DNA from: Octopus sinensis
Lineage: Eukaryota
DNA length: 64,000 nucleotides
Direction of reading: 5' to 3'
Assembly: GCF_006345805.1 (NCBI RefSeq)
Contig: NC_042998.1
Location: 12,090,001 to 12,154,000 of the forward strand
Under the pieces are notes generated by a model. It did not search any database. It was given only the letters and a program-made list of their open reading frames with translations, and was not told where the DNA came from. Shown here in pieces: positions 52,261-64,000 of this stretch. Every line of letters starts with the position of its first letter. The first letter of the stretch is position 1. The position numbers were made by a program, and so were the translations under genes.

Positions 52261-53021
52261 GTATCATATATCATGTCCAACCTTTTACACATCCGTTTGT
52301 GATTATAGCTAAAACTTCGGTTATATATGTGGGTGTATTCTGTTATTCCTCCTAATAACCCTATTTTATTAATTTCCGAATAGTTGTTATTTCATTCATT
52401 ATTCCTTGTGGACTAGGAATTGATGCTAAAGTCCTACCTTCTATTTCTGCTTTTAGCCCAGCTATTTTGAGATATCTTTCGATGCATTTTTATTTCCTTC
52501 TAAACATTTCTCTTGAGCCACTGTTGGCGCTTCATTGCTGTTCTCTATTTCTTGTGAAACTCATCCTCCAAGTGTACAGAGTAAGTTTATCCTATTTGTA
52601 TTGGTAGTATACAGAATAAGTTTATCCAATTAGTGACGGTAGATTTCAATGCAGCAGGTATCTAGTTCTTTCGTTTTAGTTCTTCAGTTTTCTTTAAAAT
52701 AAGCTATGATGAAGCTGGCTGGTATGTATTGAATATTAGTTTTTAAGATTAGACTGACTGTTACAAAATATTATCTTGTAAAATTCCTCCAACATGACCA
52801 TGGTTTGTATTTCATCAGTTTCATATATACCGAAAATATTTACGCGAACTATTCTTCTCTAATTCTTTGACTTTAGGCCTGTGTCTATTTTAATGTTACC
52901 CGGCTTTAGTTTATTTGGTTCTTGTTTTCGTGTTTTTGAAATATCTATATAATCACTTACCTATGTTTGTTTTGGATGAATTTATGTACAAATTTATTGT
53001 GGAATATACATTGATCAATGT

Positions 53022-53157
<136 letters not shown>

Positions 53158-53254
53158 AATATAAACATACACATAACAGATTATGTTAAGAAGGTAAATG
53201 CATACGTGCATATGTTCGAACACGATACTGTTATGGATTGTGACCAAATGAGGA

Positions 53255-54452
53255 TTATTTCTCAAAATAGTTCCTCGTGCAAGCCACAGTCTTATTCAAT
53301 CGGTGTTGTAGCGCTTGGATCCCATTGGTGAAGAGGCTTTCATCCTATAGGCCTAAAAATGCAGCAGATTTGACATCATCACTGAAATACCGCTTCCCAG
53401 CCAAGTTTTTTTTCATGTTGAGTAACAGATGACAGTCAGATAGGGCCAAATTAGCAGAATAGGGAGGGCAATCAACCGATCCAAATCAACAGTCAGGTAC
53501 AGTAGCCACTATAACCAAGTACTTGTGTGCTGGATCATTATTCTAATGAAAGAAGGTCACTTTCGTTAATTTTCCGGGGCATTTGGTCTTGAAAGCTTTT
53601 TGTAGCTGCCTGAGTAAATTGAAATGGGTCACACCATCAATGGTGTGACCCTTTGGAAGATAGTCAATAAGTACAATACTTTTTGCATCCAAATACTGAG
53701 GACATAACATTCTCTACAGATGAAACGTCCTTTAAGGCAGGTGAAGAGGGTTGTTTCTACTGCATGGATTGTCTCTTTGTTGCTCCCAAGGTAATGAACA
53801 CAAAACCCATCTTCGGTTAGGAAAAGTTCAAAGCAATCAGCTGGTTTTGTCTCAAATAATATCAGATTTAGCCGTGATGAGATCATCCTGGTACACTTTT
53901 GATCAGGTGTCAGAAAACGTAACGCCCATCGAGAACACTCATTATGCCATGTGTTTTAGTGCAGAATATTCTCAACTCTCTCACAGGATATGCTAGTATC
54001 ATTAGCTATTTGATTTATAGTCAATCGCCTGTCATCCATCAGCATGTCGTGAACACGATCGATATTTTGCTCGGTGATAGCAGTTGCAGGTCGTCCAGAC
54101 CTGTCAAGTTCAAAACTCTTTGCTTTCTTCTTAAATTCAACTTCTCACCTCCGCTCTGTTGATAACGCAGGAGGGTCATCTCCTAATGTGGAAAACATGT
54201 CAGCATGAATGTAGTTGAGGTTTAAATTCTTTTTTACACGTACTTTTATATCGCAATGCCAATTTTTTCCCATTTCCAAGAGAAGTCGCTACTTGTTACA
54301 TTTGAAGCCTTCTTTGAATAGTCGTATATCAGTTCCCTTGGAGAGAAACAATGAGTTATAAGTACGAACAGTTGATATTAATGCATGCAAGACTTCACAG
54401 CTCTAGTATCATCTTTTTTAGTCAGCCTATGGATTTTTCAGCCCACCCCTGC
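53255..54452 (-). mobile_element. Decayed mariner (irritans-like)
   Basis: MEKIG...RSGRPATAITEQNIDRVHDMLMDDRRLTINQIA...LTPDQKCTR..FLTED; TIR-like ttttcagcccacccct at the right end; many stops. Confidence 0.85.
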
Positions 54453-54790
54453 AATTATTTATATGTAAAATTATTTGCTAAATCTGTTTCCCGATGAAGG
54501 AAGCTGGTGTTAAGGTAATGTCTCCATGCGATCATTTCCTAGTTACATATCCTTTACGTTTTGCTCATTCCATCTGTCAATTATAAGTATTAGGATTATT
54601 ACATAATTCCGAGCTCCCAGAAACAGCTGTTGAGTTTATAATCTAAGTATCCTCTGTTTAGTACTCTAATGTGTTTATGCTCCTTGTAAGAGCTAATTTA
54701 ATTGTCTATACATGAAAATATCTCTGTTTGTGCATATTTATTTTTTGAATATATTTTGACACCTGTATCTACACATCTCTCTCTCCCTCC

Positions 54791-54862
<72 letters not shown>

Positions 54863-55191
54863 ATCTATATATTTATATAAATATACATATATATGTATAT
54901 AGATATATATAATATATCATACCTCATTAGAATTATCTGCATCACCTGGATCTCTCTTCTAGCCATCCTTTAACCCGTGGACACAGTACTCAATAAAGAT
55001 TTCAGAGATAAGTTCAAAGGTAAGTTCAAATCACTTGAATACTACTACATTTGGGCATTTTCTATATCGAACATAACTAGCTTTGACCTTTTGACTATGT
55101 GTGAGTGAAGGGGCCGTGTGTATGTCTCTCTCCCTCTCTCTCTCTCTCTCTGTCTGTCTCCCCCCTCTCTCTCTGTATATATATATACACA

Positions 55192-55273
<82 letters not shown>

Positions 55274-56270
55274 TGTATGAATATAAATACGTATATACGT
55301 ATGTATGCTTTTAGCATATATTTGTTTATGTGTGTGTGTGTAGTCACTAGTCACTTATAACAATTATTAATACGCTGAATTAAAGAACATAGGGAAATGA
55401 ACTTTGTTAATAAAAAAGTTCACAAAAAGCATGAAAAGAACCCAGAACCAGTACGTCGTTTACGCTTGTTGAGTATTTTCTCATAGATCTTGGTAGTCTC
55501 CGATCTCGAATTAAGCAATTGCACCGCTAGGAACGATAACCTTAATGATTATCAAAAGTAAAAGTAACGAATATTTTTATCAATAATATAAAATGAAAAA
55601 TAAACATCACTTGCTCCATAAAACCTTGTGTAAATCTTAAAATTGCCTCAAAACGAATATGATATGCGGTATTATATTGTCGTCGCTTATTAAAAACATA
55701 GTAAAATAACTGGATTTACGTAACAATTCGTCAAGTTCCTGAGCAGAGAGAGTGTTGTCATATCCAACGAGGCATAACAAATGGATTATCCACTCGGAAA
55801 TTCTAAATGAGGCATATCGTTTGCTTTGTGTTAATGCATCTCACAAGAAGGCTAACTGTGCATATATGCGAGAAAGTTATAAACGCATTATGTACACATA
55901 TGCACACATTTCTCTTTCATTAGATTGGGAAATCCTGTAAGCCAAATTATCCATAAAATAACATATAAATAACCCAAAGACTACCATTTAAACCTCAGCA
56001 AACTAATTCCTCACCATAGCAATTTCAAAAGACATACAGGAAAGGAACTACAATCAGATATATTCTAAACACTTCCTAAAGGTATATGCAATTATAAACT
56101 CACATTTAAGTAAATATGTATAGACACATGTTTACACACGCATACAAACAAATACACCTGCCCGGATATGATTATATATGTAAATTATTTCAACCCTGCT
56201 TTATATTCTCATATATCTACTGCGAATACTTTTTTCAACTGCGTCGTTCAAAGAGATCCCTTCTAAGTTA

Positions 56271-57430
56271 TATTGGGTGTGCAAAAAAGTAATTTCGTTC
56301 CTCACATTTAGATAGTTACAATTTTTTTCATTGAATTTTTCAAGGTTACGATTTTCTCCTTTTGGCATTTAATAGTCACTAATTTAGCTTAGTTTAGAAG
56401 CAAATTGTGCGTATTTTTTTTTACAGCTGTTAGTTTACTATCTATTTTAACAAAAAGTGCAAAAACGAACATTTTCGCCATATCTTGCTTTTTTCATTTC
56501 CTCACAAAGATATATTTATGGTGTTAGTTACTTTTATGAGTTGATGGTGAAGTTTATGGTGTTGATTGCTTAACAGAATGCACATGTCAGAAATGGTTTA
56601 AAAAATAACCGTGTGAGAGAATGCAGAGAGGTTAAATGTATCATACACAACAATTGAAAATCACTTAAAATGTCTTGGACTTGTTAAGAAGCTCGATATT
56701 TGGGTTCCACATAAGTTGAAAGAGATTCACTTAACAGTTGACATAAATCAATATTTGTGATATGCATCTCAAACACAATAAAATCGACCTTATTTTTAAA
56801 CGAATCACTGGTGATGAAAATGTATTGTCTGCAATAACATCAATCGAAAACAGCCATGGTCCAAACTAAATGAAACAGCACAAACCACGTCGAAAGCTGA
56901 ATTACATAGAAAAAACGTCTTGCTGTCAATTTAGTGGGATTACAAAAGGGTATCTTGAACAGCTAAGGAACCATACGATCAATTCAGATGTTTACTGTCA
57001 ACAACTAATGAAACTGGTGGAAGCAAACAAAGAAAACCAGCCAGAACTGGAAACATGACAACGCTAGACCACACATGTTTTTGCTAACTCGTGAAAAATT
57101 ATTGGAGCTTGGTTGGGAAATGATGTCGCATCGACCACATAGCCCTGACCTTGCACCATCAGATTACCATTTATTTCGAAGTTCGAAAAATTCTTTGAAT
57201 GGTAAATCTTTCAATAATGATGATGATCTGAAATCGCACTTGCTTCAGTATTTGGCTGATAAGAAACAGAATTTCAATGAGCGCGGAATCATGAAGTTGC
57301 AGAAAGATTCCAAAAGGTCATCGAACAAAATGGAAAATATATAATTGATAAAAGTTCATTCTTTGTATGAAAAGAAAATATCTTTTCTTTCTCACTAAAA
57401 AATCAAAATTACTTTCTTGCCAACCGAATA
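56271..57430 (+). mobile_element. Decayed mariner (DD34D)
   Basis: Imperfect TIRs tattgggtgtgcaaaaaagtaatt / aattactttcttgccaaccgaata; WVPHKL, TGDEK, HDNARPH, HSPDLAPSDYHLF motifs; frameshifts. Confidence 0.9.
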
Positions 57431-58084
57431 CCATCAGCTGCCAACTTACAAAGAAAGAGAATCTACTCGATCCATCAACTGGTTAGAAACAAGAGCTAAA
57501 TCATGCTCAAAACACAACCATCACTTTTAATAGAGGAAATATTCAAGCAAGGGAATGTAGTCTTGCAGCTCTTAGAAATAGGCCAATTTCTGATGGTTGG
57601 TTTTAATGTCTTTGACTATTATTTCAGCTCATTCAGAGCCCATCTTTGAATGAAAAACAACGAAGAAAAACAATAACAGCAACAACAATTCTCCTCTATG
57701 AAACATATGGATATATTGTCGAATACACAGCTATCTTCACTCACCAAATTGAAAGTGACATGAAGCTGAACTACAATCTGTCAAAAGGTATTTACTTGTA
57801 GGTAAAAATATATAACAAAGAATTGTTTGAATGTCTTTAACATTCAAATGCCTACGGAAACAATACACATTGGGCGATAGAACACGGAACGGGAAGAACG
57901 AAGATTAAAGGGAACTGTGTCGTTGTATATTTGATAAGAATGACAAAATATTTCCCCTGATCCTGGCAGGAGTATATTAGTCATAAGGTCTACCGCATCA
58001 GTGCTCATTTGATGTTAAACGGTATCATAAATAACAAATTTAACGAAAGTCCATGTTATAGTAATGATTACAAATGTTGGTAAA

Positions 58085-58270
58085 AGTCAGCAATTTTAGG
58101 GAGAGCTGATTAAATTGATCCGGGTATTCAATTGGCATTTATTTTATCGACACTGAAAGGAGGAAGGGAATGTCGACCTCGGTGGAATGCGAACTCAAAA
58201 CATATGGAATCGGAAATGTTTTCTTATAGTGATGTTTTATGATAATGCAAAAACATTTCGTTCAGAGCTC
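58085..58270 (-). mobile_element. SINE family B, diverged
   Basis: ttttatcgacactgaaagg..gtcgacctcggtggaatgcgaactc. Confidence 0.65.
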
Positions 58271-58354
58271 TCCGAAATATTTGCTTGTTGAGTTGTCAGA
58301 AATTACGAGTGACTTTGACAAAATCGGTTAAAAGGTTCTCCAGTTGTATATTTA

Positions 58355-58411
<57 letters not shown>

Positions 58412-58740
58412 TGTGTATGACTATACATGCCAACAAATGAATCTACACACGAACGCTTCTATAAAGCAAAAATACAATAACGGCCGCGTGCGTTATCATA
58501 ACGGCATATTATATTTAAGTTGTAATGGAACTCTTATTTCCTAACACTCTTCTCATTAATCATATGGACATAAGAATTATTCCCTTTTTTATATTTGTTT
58601 TCCTCTTCGACATGTTGCTAAGCATCAAGTAATGGTATCCAGCTTTCTAATTTCCGGTTGCTAAATCCTATATTTTAATGTACATTTATACACACCTACA
58701 TTCACACGCACACACACACACACATATGTGCATGTATCTG

Positions 58741-58781
<41 letters not shown>

Positions 58782-58791
<10 letters not shown>

Positions 58792-58876
58792 TATGCATCT
58801 ATGTATATATTAGATACATAGATTAATATATGTATAGATACATGCACACATTTGTATATAACATATCTTTGTGTGC

Positions 58877-58916
<40 letters not shown>

Positions 58917-59040
58917 TATATATATACATATGCACACAAACATATGTTATATACAAATGTGTGCATGTATGTGTTCATATGTATCTATACATATATTAAT
59001 CTATGTATCTAATATATACATAGATGCATAGACATATATA
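58782..59040. repeat. Palindrome with about 100-bp arms centred on (TA)n
   Basis: 58782-58883 is the inverse of 58925-59040, with one substitution and one short indel. Confidence 0.9.
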
Positions 59041-59146
<106 letters not shown>

Positions 59147-59677
59147 TTGTGTGTGTAGTAATTTTTCCTTTAATTTAATCACGGACCATGCTCATTACCA
59201 ACCACTCTTTCTCACTATTAACTAATGAGGGGCAAGGAAATAGCAGTAAACAGCTATATATCAGATAAGCTATATATCTTTTTCTCCAACTCATTTAGTT
59301 GTTATGTTTTCCATGTTTCATCGTCTCCACTGTCGTGTTGTGACAATATGTCCCTTCCAACGGAATTAAAACTAACATTTGTATTGTGGAATTGGCGATA
59401 TCTTAGGAACAAATGGTTGGGCAATTTTACTGCCCAAAATGTTGTCACGTATTACAATAAAAGTGGCCAATGTAACATCGTGTTAACGTGTCAGATACAT
59501 CGCTATTACGTAACTACTTCATGAGCAGCCAATATTTCATGAGGTACACGCTATTGTAACTGGAGGTTTGACGAGAGGTGAAGCAGTTAGACAACTTCAT
59601 TAACGTCAACATTATCACCATCCTCATTACTCTCAGCCTCCTCCTCCACTCCTCCTCGTCCTCATGCTCTCTCTCTC

Positions 59678-59717
<40 letters not shown>
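59678..59717. repeat. (TAG)n microsatellite
   Basis: Direct reading. Confidence 0.9.
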
Positions 59718-59718
<1 letters not shown>

Positions 59719-60109
59719 AGGTAGTAGTAGTAGTAGTAAAAGTAACAGCATCGGCAACAATATTAAGCATAATCTAGCATCTTTAGAAAGTAAGATTTAG
59801 TAGTAAATAAACGAAGAATAGTATGTTTTTGGGTAAAGAAAGCATTTTTGGCTTCAAGTTATTATTGAATGAATGATTATTGAATGAACATCTTCTCAAT
59901 GCAGCATAGAGGAAGAGATTAACATGTAATTGTGAAGTATTATCTGGTTGAGTAACATTGTTTCTTAAAGCCTCTTGCAGATAAAATCCACAGAGCTCAG
60001 TAGGGAGGCACTACAACAGAAATACGAACATAAAAAAAGCACAAAACAAAAAATAAAAACTCAAGTATGATGTGTGAATTTATTATTTCTCTCATCGAGA
60101 AGAAGAGTT

Positions 60110-60530
60110 TGATTGCCAAGAGCCTCTTTGTACCAAGGGTTTACCCGCAATGTTCAGCGTGATATGGTCTTAGGCTTAGTGTTTGACATCGTGCATCGAA
60201 AGGCTCTTAAGCGATATTTTCCCATCAGTCTGCGCTGGGGAACGTGAATTTGACCATAGTATTTGCAGACCAGTGGTATTTACTCTGTTAACAATTCCGT
60301 GATACTATAAATCGATGGTTACATGAAAGACGTGTGTACTCCATTGCAGATGACATCTATACAATGTTTATGACTTATGGAGTCAAGTAATTTCTGGTTC
60401 TGTAGAAAATCTTGCAATCATTACAATGTTACAGATGAGCATTCGTCAGAGAGCTCCTCGCAGACAGCTTGTATGATTCGGAGATTATCTCCAAGTGTGA
60501 AGGAAGTGTGATAGTGTTTTGGTATGCACA
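60110..60530 (+). mobile_element. Decayed RTE-like RT fragment
   Basis: FDIVHRKAL (AFDSVHR-like) and GVK* (GVRQG-like) remnants. Confidence 0.4.
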
Positions 60531-60589
60531 GTGATTTCATGATTGTCCCTTTAAAGCAGACAAGATTAGTTTAATTTTTTGGCTCAAAA

Positions 60590-60805
60590 AGCAAAAAGCA
60601 AGGCCATGTAGGGGGACATGGAGTTATGTACAGGGTGGTGTTCATGTAAAGAGTTCAGGCCACTTGTGGTCAAAGGAGACTTTGAACCGAGCGGTCGTCG
60701 GCATCTTCACTATCTCGTCCGGCAGCTTATTCCATGGATCCTTAAGTTTTCTTTCGTGAAATCTGTTTTTGATTTTTCATTAAAATGCTCACGATGCCGA
60801 TAGAT
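60590..60805 (-). mobile_element. CR1-clade LINE 3' end with (GCTTTTT)n tail
   Basis: DPWNKLPDEIVKMPTTARFKVSFDHKWPELFT* followed by a short UTR and a tandem tail. Confidence 0.8.
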
Positions 60806-61068
60806 GAGCTTGAGTGGGTAAGTTAGAGAAGATGAAAGTTAGAATCAATTGAGTGACAGTGTGTTAATTTGGCGGTGACAGCAACTATAGGGTTCTATAG
60901 GACAAAAAGTGTTGAGGTAAAAACCCAGCATAAAAGCTTGATTTGACAGTGTGGGTCATAAGAAGTTTCACCAACAGCAGACGTTCTGACTAAAATCACC
61001 GATACAGGAGATCGTTTGCTTCCTTTCATAAGATATAGTTTCTAGAGAAGGAGCAACTCTGTGGAATT

Positions 61069-61477
61069 TAGGAGTGGCTGTGTGGTAAGTAGCTTGCTAA
61101 CCAACCACATGGTTCCGGGTTCAGTCCGACTGCGTGGCACCTTGGGCAAGTGTCTTCTGGTATAGCCCCGGGTCCACCAATGCCTTGTGAGTGGATTTGG
61201 TAGACGGAAACGGAAAGAAGCCTGTCGTATATATGTATATATATATATATATATAAGTGTATATGTGTTTGTGTGTCTGTGTTTGTCCCCCTAGCATTGC
61301 TTGACAACCGATGCTGGTGTGTTTACGTCCCCGTCACTTAGCGGTTCGGCAAAAGAGACCGGTAGAATAAGTACTGGGCTTACAAAGAATAAGTCCCGGG
61401 GTCGATTTGCTCGACTAAAGGCGGTGCTCCAGCATGGCCGCAGTCAAATGACTGAAACAAGTAAAAGAGTAAAAGAG
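61069..61477 (+). mobile_element. SINE family A, young full-length copy
   Basis: tRNA-like head, cttgggcaagtgtctt core, internal TA/TG tract, (GTAAAAGA)n tail. Confidence 0.93.
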
Positions 61478-62070
61478 TATATACGAAGATCTGATGTGTC
61501 CAAACGAAATATATATTCTCACATACACAATTAGTTTTTGCTTCAAAATTTCATGGCACTGATCCACATCTTCATGGGTATTTCAATGCAAAGTGACGTT
61601 TGTGAAAGAAGATGTGAAAGAGACAGCTTGGATTAGGTTCAATCGAATAATTACTTTTTCTCAACAGAAAAATTACTTTGCACCAAGACTCAAATTTTTC
61701 CATCACCTCAATATTAAGGAAATATAAAAAAACGAACATTACAAATGCACAAGACAAATTACCCATATGTATGTATAAATGTGTATATGTAGGAATATAT
61801 ATATATATATATATATAATATATATATATATATAGCATGGCCACAGCTCATGAGCTGAAACTAAAAAATCAAAAAAAAAAATATATATATATATATATAT
61901 AAATCAACTCAAAATAAGCAACACAGATATCCAGATATAATGCAGTACAATCGTTTCATGCAACTCCATTTAATTGAACAAAGCAATCACTGTTATGTAT
62001 ATATGTATATATACATATATATATATATTTATACACATACATATATACACATACGCTATCTATGAGACTA

Positions 62071-62330
62071 GTGACACTGTGTGTCATTTTAAAACTATAT
62101 ACTTCGAGGAAGGTTTAGTGCTACCATCCTTGGCGAACGGTTATCCTGTGCCGATGAAGACAAATAACCCAGAAACCATGACCCGCAGGTGCCGCTTATG
62201 CTGAGTAGGGACATTAGCTCCCTTGTTCGAGGTATAAGGACACCGTTGTGCATCGGTAGCCAGCTGGAAATGATGTTTTCCTCAGCTTAAAAACGTAGTA
62301 ACATCCTCTTGATCATGACTGCAAATGGAT
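62071..62330 (+). mobile_element. Solo copy of the about 350-bp HHR repeat family; decayed core at 62144-62189
   Basis: Colinear with the 20290 and 20642 units; ccgatga a gacaaataaccc a gaaac catg acc cgcagg. Confidence 0.8.
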
Positions 62331-62348
62331 CTGTGTGTGTGTCCTCCC

Positions 62349-62400
<52 letters not shown>

Positions 62401-62432
62401 CACATACATACATACATATATATATATACATA

Positions 62433-62560
<128 letters not shown>

Positions 62561-62874
62561 TATATATATATACCTGTATAGGTGATTAGACAGGCAATTT
62601 TAAAGAATAACAGTATAAACATTTCTACAGCTAGTCATAAATTTCTTCACTTTAGTAGCTATTGTTCAATAATTGTTTCAAGTTATAAGTAATTATAAAC
62701 TTTTGCAAATTACACGGTATTTGATTTGTGAAATTAACGATTATCATAACTTGCTTAACTCCAGCATTTAAATATGTTAGGTTATTTGTGGCTGAAGTTA
62801 ATTGCAACATTATGTTTATTTACAATAAATAAACAGGACTTCTGATTACAATCACACCCTTTAATTAGAAAAAG

Positions 62875-63570
62875 CACACCCATACACACACGCGCCATTC
62901 CAATAGTCACAACAAATACTCACAGACACACACATACACACACACACTGCACCAACAATACAAATAAAACACTCACAAAATTACATCCGAGCATAGGCAT
63001 ATACCACACAGAAAAATAACATACACATACACACGCATGCACACATTCTCACACATACACTTCACCGCAACAAATATAGCACACACACACACAAACGCAT
63101 ACCCAGTACAAACATGCACAGAACGTACACGCTCACAAACACCACCCTGATAAACGTAACACACACGGAGACACACACAATCCCTGACAAATACAACATA
63201 CTCACAAACACATATACACATACATACATATGCACACATACGTTTGCACACTCAAACAGACATATACACACCACCCGGACAATTATAACACTACAAACAT
63301 ACAGAGACACACACATACTCATGTGCACGCACACACCACTCTGACCAAGAAAACACACAAGCATACATACGCACACACAGACGTACACATATACAAACAC
63401 AGACACATACATACACACACAGTATCCTCACAAATGCAAATCACACACATCTACACACATGCACACATCACCCTGCGAAATATAAAACACACACATACAC
63501 AGACCCATACAAACACACACACTACACTGAACTCTAATACCTGTCAAAAACCACCACACACACTCACCCC
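62875..63570. repeat. Degenerate CA-rich low-complexity tract
   Basis: Direct reading; source of the His/Thr-rich ORFs. Confidence 0.85.
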
Positions 63571-63629
63571 ATATTGAACTCTCCGACCAGTCGGAAAACC
63601 ACCGAACCATTGCAGACTGCCCCACAAAC

Positions 63630-64000
63630 AATGAGTAAATTTTCACCAATTTATATTTTTAACTTCGCACATCTGCATTGTTTTGTTTTAAAGTTTATCG
63701 TCTACAGTATAGTAGGGTCAGTTGGACACCGTCTATGAGAAAAACAGCACCTTGACGCAATTCACTCTGCCAGAAATTTGGAAACGACATACTGTACTGC
63801 TTAGCATTCGCGCCTGAAGACCCAGTACGAACATTTCAGAGTGTTTGGCTGTCAATTTGAGGATACTGCAATCTGAGGTCATATACTGAAAGTGATAAAA
63901 ATCAAACAACCAGTCAACATCATGGTGTTTGGAGTCATCGCTAGTAATGGTGATGTTAAGCCTCCATTTATCTTCCCACACGTCCTCACACTCAACACGG
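63630..64000 (+). mobile_element. Second maT/DD37D copy, internally deleted, running off the window
   Basis: Matches 8540-8760 and then jumps to 9190-9300 (ccagtcaacatcatggtgtttgg..cctccatttatcttcccac). Confidence 0.85.

Overview
AT-rich, microsatellite-dense, non-genic animal DNA. The SINE families and repeat landscape point to an octopus or other coleoid cephalopod (inference from recall, not searched). I cannot support any host protein-coding gene; almost all listed ORFs are microsatellite read-through. The window holds many mobile elements: three mariner (DD34D-type) copies, one full-length and nearly intact at 3594-4872; two maT/DD37D copies; a DD41D deletion derivative; a Chapaev-3-like 5' fragment; two MITEs; about 20 tRNA-derived SINEs of 4 families; and CR1, RTE, R4/Dong-like, L1/Tx1-like and Penelope (GIY-YIG) LINE remains. 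The main result is a dense set of minimal type I hammerhead ribozyme (HHR) motifs with palindromic stem III, in at least four non-coding repeat families. These include a near-canonical GUC hammerhead at 33654-33698 and a very young 557-bp tandem array at 34492-36430 with one HHR per unit. That array looks like a retrozyme or Penelope pLTR array that could release and circularise a 557-nt RNA. A second result is an L1/Tx1-like LINE whose four copies with intact 3' ends are all embedded in (TCTA)n, suggesting microsatellite target specificity. All RNA folds and alignments were done by eye, and boundaries of decayed elements are approximate.
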